This document shows positions 15,115-25,413 of a stretch of 44,476 nucleotides of DNA, piece after piece. Position numbers and translations under genes: made by a program. The stretch is from a virus. The notes under the pieces are model-generated. The model ran no database searches, was not told the DNA's origin, and worked only from the letters and a program-made list of their open reading frames with translations. Numbering within the stretch: the first letter of the stretch is position 1; every line of letters starts with the position of its first letter. The DNA is taken from the IMG/VR virus record IMGVR_UViG_3300025876_000039. One strand, given 5' to 3'.

Positions 15115-16311
15115 TTAGATTTCTGTAATAGTTATCCTTGCATTATCAACAATCCATTTTTCATCAACTGTTGCAACATCTAAAAAGTTAACATAAGTTA
15201 TACCATCATCTGACACTTCTAAATTTAAGGGCACACCACCCCCTCCTAAAGAGTTTATAGCTTCTAAAGCAATAGCTGTTACTCTTGAAGTCTCAGCAGC
15301 CTCGCCAATCTCAAAAGTTAGGTTATCAGTTATATATTGCTTTATGCCGTCAATATCAAAAGAAGTTCCTGCAACTGTCGATTTTAAATTAAATTGAATC
15401 CATAGATTTTTAGAAGTAGGTCGGTCAAACTTAGCTTGGAATATCTCGCCATTATCTTTAATTATATCAACGGCTACACTACCTTTTAAACCACATCCGC
15501 TATTTTTCTTGGTATATATACCATTAGCAATATCAGTATTAGAACCACCTTCTACGATAGCCCAAATTGAATGAGCTGGTATTGAGTTTGCATCAGTTGT
15601 ATTTGTGAAATTCTCATAAACTCTTGCATCGGTTACGCTATCTACATTTAACAAATCGCCTAACAAGCCATCTGTAAAGCCCTTTGATCTATTAGCACTT
15701 GATCTTGATAATCTTAATCTAAATTGAGAATCTAATTCTCCATCCTTGCCAAGCTCCAAAACACCGCTTGGATTGTCAATATTAGTTACGCCTAGAACAA
15801 CGGTTATTGGGTTTGTTATTGTGTTAGGTAGCGTTGTTATTGAGCCTAATTCTTTAGCTCTAAAAGTTAAAAGATAAGTACCAGCACTAGCGATATTAGT
15901 TGTATCAAGCAAAATAAATTCATTACCTGTATTATCTGCTACTGTGTAGCCTGTGCCATCAATATTATTTGCGTCATCGTCAAGCCCTTCTAAAGTTAAA
16001 CTTCTATCAGTTGTTATTTCTACTTGTTGCTGTGTGAATGTTGCACCTTGCCTAGCAATATTTAACAATGGAGCTAGTCTATCCAAAGCCTCGCCATTGG
16101 CTTGATCTAAATCAAAATTGTTGTAGATTGTTTGCAATAATTCCAATAAATCTCTTATTGCTTGAGCTTCAATATTTATTCTCTGTCCATCGGGTGAGTC
16201 GCTAGAAATAGCTATATCATTGCCATAAATATTTTTATAGCCAGTTTCAAAAGCCGTGATAATTTCATTTAAGCTATCAGTAACTAATCCGTTTTGATCT
16301 AATGTACTCAT
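15115..16311 (-). CDS. Baseplate J-like protein
   Basis: 398 aa. SSDSPDGQRINIEAQAIRDLLELLQTIYNN is a typical gpJ N-terminal block. Gene order V-W-J-I is preserved. Confidence 0.7.
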   Translation of the reverse strand: MSTLDQNGLVTDSLNEIITAFETGYKNIYGNDIAISSDSPDGQRINIEAQAIRDLLELLQTIYNNFDLDQANGEALDRLAPLLNIARQGATFTQQQVEITTDRSLTLEGLDDDANNIDGTGYTVADNTGNEFILLDTTNIASAGTYLLTFRAKELGSITTLPNTITNPITVVLGVTNIDNPSGVLELGKDGELDSQFRLRLSRSSANRSKGFTDGLLGDLLNVDSVTDARVYENFTNTTDANSIPAHSIWAIVEGGSNTDIANGIYTKKNSGCGLKGSVAVDIIKDNGEIFQAKFDRPTSKNLWIQFNLKSTVAGTSFDIDGIKQYITDNLTFEIGEAAETSRVTAIALEAINSLGGGGVPLNLEVSDDGITYVNFLDVATVDEKWIVDNARITITEI

Positions 16312-16661
16312 TATTGAGTTATAACTATAGTTTCACTTTGTGAATATATAGTTTTGATTTTTGCCGTTACTGTTGCTTGTCTGTTTTCTATGTTCGCATC
16401 TAAACTTAAAACCTCCGTTACTTCGTTAGTTTTAAGTAAAATGTCCCTTACTTCATCAATTAATATATCTTTTTGCTTTTTGTAGCCCAATCTATTATTC
16501 CAATCTACGCCGTTATTTTGAGCAAAAAAACAATCAGTTTTCCACTCTCTAACCCTAGATATGATATGTTGTTTTAAGCCTTCATTGGATTTTTTATAAT
16601 CAGCTTTACCCTTACCAAAAGTCCAATCATCATTTTTATCTAAAGATCTAATAGTAGTCAT
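16311..16661 (-). CDS. Small baseplate wedge protein (gpW/gp25 position)
   Basis: 116 aa, between the spike and J genes. Start and stop overlap the neighbours. Confidence 0.5.
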   Translation of the reverse strand: MTTIRSLDKNDDWTFGKGKADYKKSNEGLKQHIISRVREWKTDCFFAQNNGVDWNNRLGYKKQKDILIDEVRDILLKTNEVTEVLSLDANIENRQATVTAKIKTIYSQSETIVITQ

Positions 16662-17353
16662 TTTAATAAATTACTTACTCTAGTTGATAATGCACTTAAG
16701 CTTGAAGCCGTGCCAGCGTCAATAGGTAGATTGCCACTAACTGGGTCTACACATTGCAAGCTAGTTATAATTGTTATTAATTCATCAATTATAGCCTTTA
16801 AGCTTTCTGCTGTATTTTTAAGCTCCAATTTATCATCTAAATTTATTTGACCGCCAGCACTATTAAGCAAGCTAATTTTTGAATTATCAAGTAAAATCTT
16901 ATTTGCTAGATAATTAAGCTCTGTCGCCGTATTATTATAATCAGTTATTTTATTAACTTGACTTCTAATACCTACTAAAGCAATAGCATCTGCTAAGTCG
17001 TGAGTTCTCTTTGTATTAGGTTTTTGGCTTAATCCATCATCAAACCAATTATCAATATCTCTATCATTAAATAGCACTAGGCAAGTATCGCCAGCATTTA
17101 TAGGTATTGTTAAGCCACCGCTCGCCCCTTTGTTTACAATAACTGGCACATCTTGCAACAATGAATAAGTTTGTAACACCTCGCCATCAATAGTATCTCT
17201 TACGCCTTTATCAATTAAGCTAACTGTAGCAGTTTGATTATCACTATCAAAGCTTTCTATCGTGCCTATTTTATGGCAATTTAATTCTTTGAAAATATCT
17301 ATTTTCAATCCATCTAAAATATCTATTAAGTCGGGGTTTGATTTATCTATCAT
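16658..17353 (-). CDS. Baseplate spike / assembly protein V (Gp138 N-terminal-like)
   Basis: IGTIESFDSDNQTATVSL...VPVI...IPINAGDTCLVLFNDRDIDNWF...HDLADAIALVG resembles the gpV/Mu gp45 OB-fold spike. Confidence 0.6.
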   Translation of the reverse strand: MIDKSNPDLIDILDGLKIDIFKELNCHKIGTIESFDSDNQTATVSLIDKGVRDTIDGEVLQTYSLLQDVPVIVNKGASGGLTIPINAGDTCLVLFNDRDIDNWFDDGLSQKPNTKRTHDLADAIALVGIRSQVNKITDYNNTATELNYLANKILLDNSKISLLNSAGGQINLDDKLELKNTAESLKAIIDELITIITSLQCVDPVSGNLPIDAGTASSLSALSTRVSNLLK

Positions 17354-18225
17354 GATACAAATTTTAAGCCTTTAGTTAATTTATCGCCAGTTAGTAGCTG
17401 TAAGTTAGTTTTAGCCTCGCCACTTGTAGCCTCTGAGATCGTGCCACTATGCTTAACGCCAATTACTTTATATTGACCGTCAAACTTTGGATTAAAAGCC
17501 GATTCAATTTGCACCACTTGACCCACTCTTATTCTTGGCTCAAATATCAGATCAATATTAATAAAAGTTCCTTGCAATAATGGCGTGCCTAACAGTCCAG
17601 TTTCTGAATTAATATTAAATAATTGGCCTTTTATAGCCTCATTAGGTTTTAACTTGTTTATAGTCTCTAAGTCAATAAAATATTCATCTTTGAAATTTTT
17701 ATCAAGTAAATTAAAAGTATTGCCATTAATTGGCACGGCTCTTTTATATTCCCCTTCTGTTTCGCCTACCGCACCTTTTTTTAACCCAATAAAATTGGCT
17801 AATTCATCAAATAAATCCTTCCTAGTTATACCTTTATCAAAGGTTTTATTTATATATGAATTATAGGTAAGTGCCGCACTATCTAATGCTTGCATATAGG
17901 TTATTATATCGCTGCCTTGCCTGTATGAATAAGCCTCCATCAAATCACCTATAAAGATTGTTGATAGCTCGCCATAACCAGCTTGCAAAACAATTCTACG
18001 CTTGTCAATAGTTCGATTTTTCATATCGAATCTATTTTGAAATATAACCGACCTGCTACTTTCTTTTAAATTGTAAACCCTAAGTATTGCATTATTAAGA
18101 GACGCCCCCGTGCTTCGTTCAATCTGAAATTCAATCGTCAATGGATTAGCTATTTCTATAAATTCAGTTAGCTTGCCTTTTTCTTTGATCTCTACCAATA
18201 ATTTATATTGTCTGCCAAATTTCAT
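17350..18225 (-). CDS. Baseplate hub protein (Mu gpP / XkdQ position)
   Basis: 291 aa, upstream of the spike gene. Assigned by position and size. Confidence 0.45.
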   Translation of the reverse strand: MKFGRQYKLLVEIKEKGKLTEFIEIANPLTIEFQIERSTGASLNNAILRVYNLKESSRSVIFQNRFDMKNRTIDKRRIVLQAGYGELSTIFIGDLMEAYSYRQGSDIITYMQALDSAALTYNSYINKTFDKGITRKDLFDELANFIGLKKGAVGETEGEYKRAVPINGNTFNLLDKNFKDEYFIDLETINKLKPNEAIKGQLFNINSETGLLGTPLLQGTFINIDLIFEPRIRVGQVVQIESAFNPKFDGQYKVIGVKHSGTISEATSGEAKTNLQLLTGDKLTKGLKFVS

Positions 18226-18566
18226 GAAATATAAATATCTGTTTCAATTTGAACCACTTCTTCCGCTTCCAAAACTATTAATTCTATCCTGCCGATTGAA
18301 AAATCATCAAGAAATATTGGCTCGCCTGCATCTGTTGAGGTTATAGCAATGCCAAAAGGTAAAACATTTCTAAAAGCTCTTAATATATTAGCAGCATTTA
18401 CAATTCTACGACCGTTAATTACAGTATCGCCAAAAGTGATATTATAGAACCAAGCTTGCTGCAAGTCGCTATAAGATAACTCTAAGCTAAAAGTATCTTG
18501 CGCGTCGGTTGTTATTGTTAATAACTGCCTAGCATCGCTTGAAATTTCTGTTATTTGTTTAGACAT
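18222..18566 (-). CDS. Small tail/baseplate protein
   Basis: 114-aa ORF in the baseplate module. Position only. Confidence 0.45.
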   Translation of the reverse strand: MSKQITEISSDARQLLTITTDAQDTFSLELSYSDLQQAWFYNITFGDTVINGRRIVNAANILRAFRNVLPFGIAITSTDAGEPIFLDDFSIGRIELIVLEAEEVVQIETDIYIS

Positions 18567-18569
18567 ATC

Positions 18570-19379
18570 TTAACCTCCAAAAAATCTACTTGCTATTGAT
18601 TTTAAATCCTTTTTCTTACCTTCAACCTTGCCTTTGTTTTTTACATCTGATCTTTGATTAGCCGTCCTACTTTGATATTGATTAGCATCTAGCTCTATTG
18701 TCTGAGTAGTGGCAAATCTAATTTGTTTTAAAGTAACCGATAAATCCGACTGAAAAGCATTATCCCCTTGTGTTATAACCAAGCTTTGAATTGCCATATT
18801 CTTTAAAAAGCCAAAAGGAGTGTCAACACCTACTAATTGTTTAGCATCATATAAGGCTTTCAAAAAATTATATGCCTTAGCTTGTTTCGTCTTTGGTGGA
18901 TTTAATTCTTTAAATGTTTTAAAAATATCAACACCAGCACCTAAAGAATCATCTAGTAACTGCACTTTGTCAGCTTTTTGACCAGTTATAACATTATTTA
19001 ATTGTCTTGCTTGTTGTGTTACTATTGGGACATAGCTATTGATTACAGTTAGCTTTTTAAATAGCTCTACAAATTCCCCTTTAGAATCCGCCCTTTCTGC
19101 TACTTGCTCGGCTACAAGACCCCTTAAGGTGCACATAAGCGGCTTGTTAGCTATATTATCTTGAACGGCTGTGTTTTGCTCCGTGTAATGATCCGTTATA
19201 TCAGCTTGCAATTCTATTTTATGCTCTTCATAAATATCAAAGCCAAGCCCTGCAAGCCCTAAATTGGCAATAGGAGATACAACATATTTACCAACTAAAC
19301 CACTAGCTATATCAGCATTTTTAGTTATGCCATCTACTGTTGGTATTGATAAACTTGTATTTGGAGGTGCTGCAACCAT
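18570..19379 (-). CDS. Tail protein following the tape measure (Mu DNA-circulation-protein position)
   Basis: 269-aa ORF immediately downstream of the tape measure gene. Position only. Confidence 0.45.
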   Translation of the reverse strand: MVAAPPNTSLSIPTVDGITKNADIASGLVGKYVVSPIANLGLAGLGFDIYEEHKIELQADITDHYTEQNTAVQDNIANKPLMCTLRGLVAEQVAERADSKGEFVELFKKLTVINSYVPIVTQQARQLNNVITGQKADKVQLLDDSLGAGVDIFKTFKELNPPKTKQAKAYNFLKALYDAKQLVGVDTPFGFLKNMAIQSLVITQGDNAFQSDLSVTLKQIRFATTQTIELDANQYQSRTANQRSDVKNKGKVEGKKKDLKSIASRFFGG

Positions 19380-19380
19380 A

Positions 19381-20811
19381 TTATAAATTATTACCTTGAC
19401 TTGATTGAACCCTTTTTAAAGTATCGCTTGTGATATTATCAAGACCCCTTGTTAATTCATTTCTTACCGCTATTGGATCTTGAATACCGTTAATACTTAC
19501 ATTATTATTAATCGTTGTAACTCCTGTTGCTGATGATAAAGCAGGATTTAAGCCTATTCTTTGATTTATAGAATTTTGGTTGTTACCTAGTATTTTATCA
19601 ATAAAATTAGTAAAGCCTTCATTTTCATTTAAAGCACCTGCACCCATCTTGCCTAATTTTGCACCTGTGAAGCCTGCACCAAATACCAAGCCACCTATTC
19701 CAAGTAACTTGCCAAGCATTAAAAGATTAGCGCCTTTAAATAATTTCAACGAATTACCAAGTCTACCAAAAGATAAAGCTAACAACCCTACACCTACCGC
19801 AAAGGCTTTTAGACCTACTACCTTATCGCCACCTGAGAACATATCCATAAAGTTACCAATAAGACTTTCACCGCCTTTTTGATATACTGCTATATCATCT
19901 AATATAATCAACAATGCAGTAAAGCCAAGAAGCATAGGACGCATTGCCAAAGTTATTGCACCAAAGGCTAGGGCTAGGGCTTTAACACCGCTTTCAATTC
20001 CTGTAATATTTGAAATAAAATTAGCTAGAACATTAAAGGCGTTACCTATGGCTTGAGCAAATAAAGTAAATCCCTTTGCAAACCCTGTAATTATATTTAT
20101 TACTTTATCGCCATTATCTTTTAACCAACTAAAGAATTGCTGCACTAGCTCGTTTAGTTGTGGAGCTATCTTTGCAACCGCTTGATCTTTTAAGGCTATG
20201 AATCTTAATTTTAGGGCTTTTATGCTAGTTCCTACCCTGTCAATATTTTCTCTTTGCTTTGGATTTAAAAAAGTGTTTTCGCTTAATTCTTCAAATTCCT
20301 GTCTGCTTAATTTTAAAATATTGATAAAGTCGGGGGTTAATCCAATTTGAGTTAATAGGTTAGTAGCTGTTGCATTGTCTAAACCTTTAATTGAGCCTCT
20401 TAATTCATCTAATACGCCAAAAGCATCTTGACCAACATTGACGCCTAATAATTGAAAGGGGGTTATATCGCCTTGACCTAGTCTTATTTGTGATAGGTTT
20501 TGTTGAACATTGCCTATTGATTGAGCTATTTGGTCAGCACTAATAGCTAGATTAGATAATTGACCTGCTTGTTGCCATTTTTGCAACTCTTCAATCGCAA
20601 GCCCTGTTTGATTAGATAAATTTTGTAAAGCTACAACGCCACGCAAAGAGCCATCAACAAATCTATCAAGCCCTACAACTGCACCAGCAAAGGCGGCACC
20701 GAGAGCAATAGTTCCATTTCTAATTGATTTAATCCCATTATCTACACGCTTAAGGCTAGCCTCATCGGCTTTAATTCCTAAACTTATAAATAATTCTCCT
20801 ACGCTAGCCAT
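19381..20811 (-). CDS. Tail tape measure protein
   Basis: 476 aa, directly after the chaperone pair. Helical N-terminal part and a Gly/Ala-rich hydrophobic segment (GLLALSFGRLG...GGLVFGAGFTGAKLGKMGAG). Confidence 0.8.
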   Translation of the reverse strand: MASVGELFISLGIKADEASLKRVDNGIKSIRNGTIALGAAFAGAVVGLDRFVDGSLRGVVALQNLSNQTGLAIEELQKWQQAGQLSNLAISADQIAQSIGNVQQNLSQIRLGQGDITPFQLLGVNVGQDAFGVLDELRGSIKGLDNATATNLLTQIGLTPDFINILKLSRQEFEELSENTFLNPKQRENIDRVGTSIKALKLRFIALKDQAVAKIAPQLNELVQQFFSWLKDNGDKVINIITGFAKGFTLFAQAIGNAFNVLANFISNITGIESGVKALALAFGAITLAMRPMLLGFTALLIILDDIAVYQKGGESLIGNFMDMFSGGDKVVGLKAFAVGVGLLALSFGRLGNSLKLFKGANLLMLGKLLGIGGLVFGAGFTGAKLGKMGAGALNENEGFTNFIDKILGNNQNSINQRIGLNPALSSATGVTTINNNVSINGIQDPIAVRNELTRGLDNITSDTLKRVQSSQGNNL

Positions 20812-21073
20812 TTTTATTTAAATCTAAATATGCTTTTTCATAATCACTGCAAAAATCTTCATATTGAATTATTTTCATAACCCAATCACAATCCATATCT
20901 GCAATGCTTTGAGGTATGCCCCCGCCATACCCTGCCTTAGCTAGTCTTAAACAAATTAAATCTAGCTCGCTTGCTGCAATTTCTATTTCAGGCTTCCTTC
21001 CTTTTTGACCGCTAAGCCATTTAACTTTGAAATAAGGGGCTTGAGAAAAGGGCTTAAATTTAGCTTTAAGCAC
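20804..21073 (-). CDS. -1 frame extension of the tail chaperone (GT-like frameshift product)
   Basis: This frame opens right after a TGA at 21074..21076 and has no ATG. It is in the -1 phase relative to 20983..21384. Candidate slippery sites are A-AAT-TTA (21055..21061) and C-AAA-AAG (21001..21007). Confidence 0.55.
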   Translation of the reverse strand: MLKAKFKPFSQAPYFKVKWLSGQKGRKPEIEIAASELDLICLRLAKAGYGGGIPQSIADMDCDWVMKIIQYEDFCSDYEKAYLDLNKNG

Positions 21074-21384
21074 TCAATGATTATTTCATAATAATTTTCC
21101 CTAGCTTTCTCATCTTCAAAGGTAGCCTCTGTTATTCTTTCTTTGTTATAAGTAGATTTACCAATACAAGCAAAGACTGCTTTTAAAACATCTTCGCTGC
21201 AATCTACTGCCAAAATGCTATCAATGATAGTTTCAGCATTGTTTAAATCAATATTAGCTAGCTTTACGCCTTGAGCTAATAGAGCTCTAGCTATTGCACT
21301 TTTTAGTTTGATACAGTTTGAAAATGAAGCAATATTAATTACCGCCTCATCTCCATTATCAAATATTATTTCGTTGCTTGTCAT
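20983..21384 (-). CDS. Tail assembly chaperone (G-like)
   Basis: 133 aa, between the tube and tape measure genes. Overlapped at its 3' end by a -1 frame ORF. Confidence 0.65.
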   Translation of the reverse strand: MTSNEIIFDNGDEAVINIASFSNCIKLKSAIARALLAQGVKLANIDLNNAETIIDSILAVDCSEDVLKAVFACIGKSTYNKERITEATFEDEKARENYYEIIIECLKLNLSPFLKPLISKLNGLAVKKEGSLK

Positions 21385-21388
21385 AAAT

Positions 21389-21844
21389 TTATGCTATTGA
21401 TTTTGAGCCGTTAGAAAATTTTAATCTATAAATTGTTAAAGCCTGTTCAGTGTCACCTTCAACATTGCTTTGAGTGTCGTTGCTTTGTGAAAATACACCA
21501 CCACTAAGTGATATTATTTCACGGCTAACACCACCTAAGCCATCACCAATTCTTTTAACAAATTCGCCATTAAGAAGGACAAAGGATGCAATATCAGATT
21601 GCATTGATAGCTTGATTGAGTTTAAGAATTTATCATCGCTAGAACCTCTTAAAATCCTTAATTCAACATCAGCTTGCTTACCAGTTTCATTAAGAGAATA
21701 AATAGCATTGCCATTTTTACCAGTCTTTACTGCAACTAATTCATTTGGGAATGTTATACTTACAACCGAACCATCGCCGAAGTCGGTTAAAACTCTATCG
21801 TTAATTGTGATAGTGTCGTTTCCTGTTTGTGTACTTGTAGACAT
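21389..21844 (-). CDS. Tail tube protein
   Basis: 151 aa, directly downstream of the sheath gene. Confidence 0.65.
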   Translation of the reverse strand: MSTSTQTGNDTITINDRVLTDFGDGSVVSITFPNELVAVKTGKNGNAIYSLNETGKQADVELRILRGSSDDKFLNSIKLSMQSDIASFVLLNGEFVKRIGDGLGGVSREIISLSGGVFSQSNDTQSNVEGDTEQALTIYRLKFSNGSKSIA

Positions 21845-21851
21845 AATTTAA

Positions 21852-23336
21852 TTATCTTTCAATGTTAACAATAATATTTACTGAATGTAAAGCCCCTGCT
21901 AATTTAATAGCAATTTGAACAAGTGGAGCTTGTCTTGCTTCACGCTCTGACTGGTCTTGTTGTGCAATAGGTAGGCTATAAATGAAATAACCTTTGTCGG
22001 TTATATTTCTTCTAAAGTCTTCTGGATTACCAAATGTTTCTGCTGAATTCCAAGTTAAGCCAAGTGCAATAACTCCATTATTAACTGCCTTTTCGCACGC
22101 ATTATTAGCTATAGTGGCTTTTAGTCCGTCCATACCGCTTTCAATTTGTGGTTTCTTGGTATTAGTTTTCCTTAGATAATTAAAACTAGATACTTCAACG
22201 GTAAATTTAAACCATTGTTGATTATAGACATTATCAAAGAAATCATTAGCACCATGCGAAAAAGTAACACCTAAACCACTAACCGATCCGTAAATATCAG
22301 CCCCAGCATCTTTTGCTTTAGTTAGTATAGTTTGATTTATTGCAACATCTGGAGTTATTCCTGCCAATGTTTTATTGAACATTGTTTGAGAAGTATTTGA
22401 CCCGCTAAAATTAACACTAAAAGCACGACCAACCCAAGCAGCCTTCATTTTATTAGCTTCTTGAGGGCTAACCGAATAATACAAGCATCTAGTTTTAGTT
22501 TGTGTTGCATCTTTGATTATTGAGCAAATACCCGTTGTATCTTCTAAATCTTCACTACTAGAAAAATGATGAATAAACATTTTATTTTTAGCTTGTATCG
22601 CTGTAGCTGTTGAGCTGACAACCGCATCTTCAATTTGTAAGTTAGAGAATACACCAACAAAACCAGTTTGCTCTTCTACTCTAGCCAAAGCTTCAAGTAT
22701 AGTTTCACCGCTTGAATTAGCCCCACTAGTAGCAGTGCCACTCGCAACATTAAGTAAGCTAGCACCGCTTAAATCAGAGCCGCTACCAGTTGGTAATTGA
22801 ACAACATCAACATCAGAATCAAGCCCGACTTTCTTTGAAGTGAATTTAATTGTATTACCTACTGCCTCAACTATAACATCAGTTAGCTTTTTTTGTATAA
22901 TAGCAGCTATATTTTCAAGAGTAGTGGCATTTGTAAAATTTAAACCTGTTAAATCAATATTATTGCCATTTAAGACAACTCTAATATCGCCATCAGCAAT
23001 AGCAATTAGGTTTGCTAGATTGCCGCTTATGTCATCAGTTGTAAAATCGCCTTGCGTGGCACTTACTGCCGCCTGCATAGGAACAATAGTTAAGCTACCA
23101 TTGCCGCTTAAGATATTAGGGCTTTGCGAGAATATAAGGTTTGCAAATTCTGCTGTTTTTGCATTAGTGCCATAATCAGTTATAACCGACTTAGCTTCTA
23201 AATAAACCCTGTAATCATCTACATTGTCTGGAGCTTCTGTTGTGAATAATGCAATATTGTTTACACTTGGCACTTGTAGCCCTTGCGGCGTAGAAGTAAC
23301 CGAAACATTAATTATATTTGTTAATGGTATAGTCAT
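21852..23336 (-). CDS. Contractile tail sheath protein
   Basis: 494 aa. Gene order is sheath, tube, chaperones, tape measure. Confidence 0.75.
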   Translation of the reverse strand: MTIPLTNIINVSVTSTPQGLQVPSVNNIALFTTEAPDNVDDYRVYLEAKSVITDYGTNAKTAEFANLIFSQSPNILSGNGSLTIVPMQAAVSATQGDFTTDDISGNLANLIAIADGDIRVVLNGNNIDLTGLNFTNATTLENIAAIIQKKLTDVIVEAVGNTIKFTSKKVGLDSDVDVVQLPTGSGSDLSGASLLNVASGTATSGANSSGETILEALARVEEQTGFVGVFSNLQIEDAVVSSTATAIQAKNKMFIHHFSSSEDLEDTTGICSIIKDATQTKTRCLYYSVSPQEANKMKAAWVGRAFSVNFSGSNTSQTMFNKTLAGITPDVAINQTILTKAKDAGADIYGSVSGLGVTFSHGANDFFDNVYNQQWFKFTVEVSSFNYLRKTNTKKPQIESGMDGLKATIANNACEKAVNNGVIALGLTWNSAETFGNPEDFRRNITDKGYFIYSLPIAQQDQSEREARQAPLVQIAIKLAGALHSVNIIVNIER

Positions 23337-23363
23337 TTTTTCTTCAAAATATTTAAAATTAAA

Positions 23364-23873
23364 TTACAACTCATCTACTTTGACATCGCCAATAGTAAAA
23401 TCATCATAATAAGGAGCGTCAATTTCTTTCATGTAACTTGTGATTAATGAAATAGTTATCGCAAATCTATTTAAAGCCCCCGAAGCTTCAACCTCCGAAA
23501 CATCAATAAAGCTACTTGATATATTAGCAATACTAAATTGATATTGGTTTTGTAAATCAATGCTTCTTTGAGATATTAGAGCCATTAAAACTTCTTCTTT
23601 TCGCAATCTAGCATCTTCATTTTTAGATAACAAATTAATTGTATAATCTTCTTTTGTTTGCACTCTTAATTGTTGTGTTGCACCTTCTACACCCTCAGTA
23701 TTAGGTTTAAATTTATTAGTTACTGAATAAGGCGTTGAGCTGTTATATTGTATTACAACTTGTAAATCACCTGTATTTCTTTTAAAATCTTGATTATAGA
23801 TATAGACGGCGTTATCATTTAAAGCCATAAACTCTTTTATAATATCTGCAACAATCAAAATAGAATCAGCCAT
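23364..23873 (-). CDS. Neck / tail-completion protein (positional)
   Basis: 169-aa ORF between the head-tail joining genes and the sheath gene. Confidence 0.45.
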   Translation of the reverse strand: MADSILIVADIIKEFMALNDNAVYIYNQDFKRNTGDLQVVIQYNSSTPYSVTNKFKPNTEGVEGATQQLRVQTKEDYTINLLSKNEDARLRKEEVLMALISQRSIDLQNQYQFSIANISSSFIDVSEVEASGALNRFAITISLITSYMKEIDAPYYDDFTIGDVKVDEL

Positions 23874-24204
23874 TATTAAATTCCTCTACAATATGATATT
23901 CAAAATAACCATTTAGCTTGTAATTATTCTTATTCATCACTTTATATTTTAAGCTGTCATAGGTTATCTTATCGCCTACCTTTAATTCTATATTATCTTT
24001 AGTGTGAATCATGAGCCATTGCCAAGCCCTAGTCTCAATAGGCTTTATAGCCAAGTCTTGAGTTTTTAGTGGCTGCACCGTGCCTTTAAATTCAATTACT
24101 GTCGCAGCTTCAACTCTTTTAAAATCAACAATAGATGAAGTTATTTTTTCTATTGTTATTGACTGCTGCCAGCCATTAAAAGCACTTGCAATTTGCGGCA
24201 TCAT
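23866..24204 (-). CDS. Head-tail joining protein (positional)
   Basis: 112-aa ORF with overlapping junctions in the connector module. Confidence 0.45.
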   Translation of the reverse strand: MMPQIASAFNGWQQSITIEKITSSIVDFKRVEAATVIEFKGTVQPLKTQDLAIKPIETRAWQWLMIHTKDNIELKVGDKITYDSLKYKVMNKNNYKLNGYFEYHIVEEFNNG

Positions 24205-24650
24205 AATTTTTCTACTTTAGAAGTTATTGAGCTTCTTAATTGACCCGTATCAATTAATATCGAACCACTTCTTGATATAGGTTTCCAAGTTCCAAAGCCT
24301 CCAGTTTCAAAGGCTTCTTGAACAATAGTTTCACCCAATACCCCTATTTTTTCTAGTATTTGATCTGAATCAACACTATCAGAAATATCTTTATCAATTA
24401 TTTTCCTAGCTCTTTTTAGAAATTCCTTTCTTTTCAAAGCTAATGGATCTTTTAAAAAAGACCTGCGAGGCAAGCCTTCACTAAAAGAACCAAATTCATG
24501 CTTCATTCCTACTTTGACATTTGTTGTATCATCATCTCTTGCATTTTTATTGCCAAAAATACCAACCTTAGCCACTTTTTGCGACTTTAAATTTTTTTCT
24601 AATTTATCTAAACCTGTAAAATCATCTTTAATAACAATATCACTAGGCAT
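24201..24650 (-). CDS. HK97 gp10-family head-tail connector protein
   Basis: ...VGMKHEFGSFSEGLPRRSFLKDPL matches the gp10-family hEfG...P.R.fl block. Confidence 0.6.
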   Translation of the reverse strand: MPSDIVIKDDFTGLDKLEKNLKSQKVAKVGIFGNKNARDDDTTNVKVGMKHEFGSFSEGLPRRSFLKDPLALKRKEFLKRARKIIDKDISDSVDSDQILEKIGVLGETIVQEAFETGGFGTWKPISRSGSILIDTGQLRSSITSKVEKL

Positions 24651-25206
24651 TTGTTCCCCCTTTAGCTATACCTACAACCCCTATCATATAACCTTGAATT
24701 AGATTAAGATATTTTAAACCATAACTTGTCTTTGTGTAAAAAGAAAAAATAGGGCTGTCTAATTGCCATTGCGGGATAGAATAGCTTTCGCTTACATTTC
24801 CAACCGATCTTGAAGCAACTGGGTTTACCGCTTGGCTGTCAAGTCCATTAGCTCCTAAATCATTAACTAGATAATGAGCAGTACAATATAGATAGATTAA
24901 CCTTAAATCATCTTCTCTACTTGTTATAGCGTCGTTTATAGAAGCCTTAGCCTCTTTAAAAGCATTCTCTATATCCTTTGAAGCTACAAGCCCACTAGGC
25001 GGCAATAAATCCCAATCTGCTATTGTGTCTGGCGTTGAACTGATCCCATCACTTTTAGCTTTATAGAATTTATTATTTACAAGGTAAAAAACCCTGTCGC
25101 CCGCGTTATAAGTGCCAGCAGCCCAATCATCAACAAAGTCAAAATCACGATAGAATTGATCTTTGAAGTCATCTACTGTTATTGTGTCGATGAAAGGGTT
25201 TGCCAT
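24643..25206 (-). CDS. Head-tail adaptor (DUF4054-like; positional)
   Basis: 187 aa. The N-terminus ..ITVDDFKDQFYRDFDF resembles DUF4054 starts. Downstream of the capsid gene. Confidence 0.45.
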   Translation of the reverse strand: MANPFIDTITVDDFKDQFYRDFDFVDDWAAGTYNAGDRVFYLVNNKFYKAKSDGISSTPDTIADWDLLPPSGLVASKDIENAFKEAKASINDAITSREDDLRLIYLYCTAHYLVNDLGANGLDSQAVNPVASRSVGNVSESYSIPQWQLDSPIFSFYTKTSYGLKYLNLIQGYMIGVVGIAKGGTNA

Positions 25207-25209
25207 AGC

Positions 25210-25395
25210 TTATTCTTGATAATCTAATTTTTTGCTTTTCTTTGAGCTTACTCTAATATTTTCAAGTAGATTAGCACCAAGTTTTAAGCAAGTTTCTATT
25301 TCTTTTTCATTTTCTAAAATGATAGTTTCGCCAACTTTTACAAGCCCTTGCGAAGTCATCAAATCACTTTTAGAATTGTTAATAATCTCTTTCAT
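25210..25395 (-). CDS. Small hypothetical protein
   Basis: 61-aa ORF between the capsid and adaptor genes. Confidence 0.5.
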   Translation of the reverse strand: MKEIINNSKSDLMTSQGLVKVGETIILENEKEIETCLKLGANLLENIRVSSKKSKKLDYQE

Positions 25396-25413
25396 CTTTA
25401 ATTATGATTTAAA

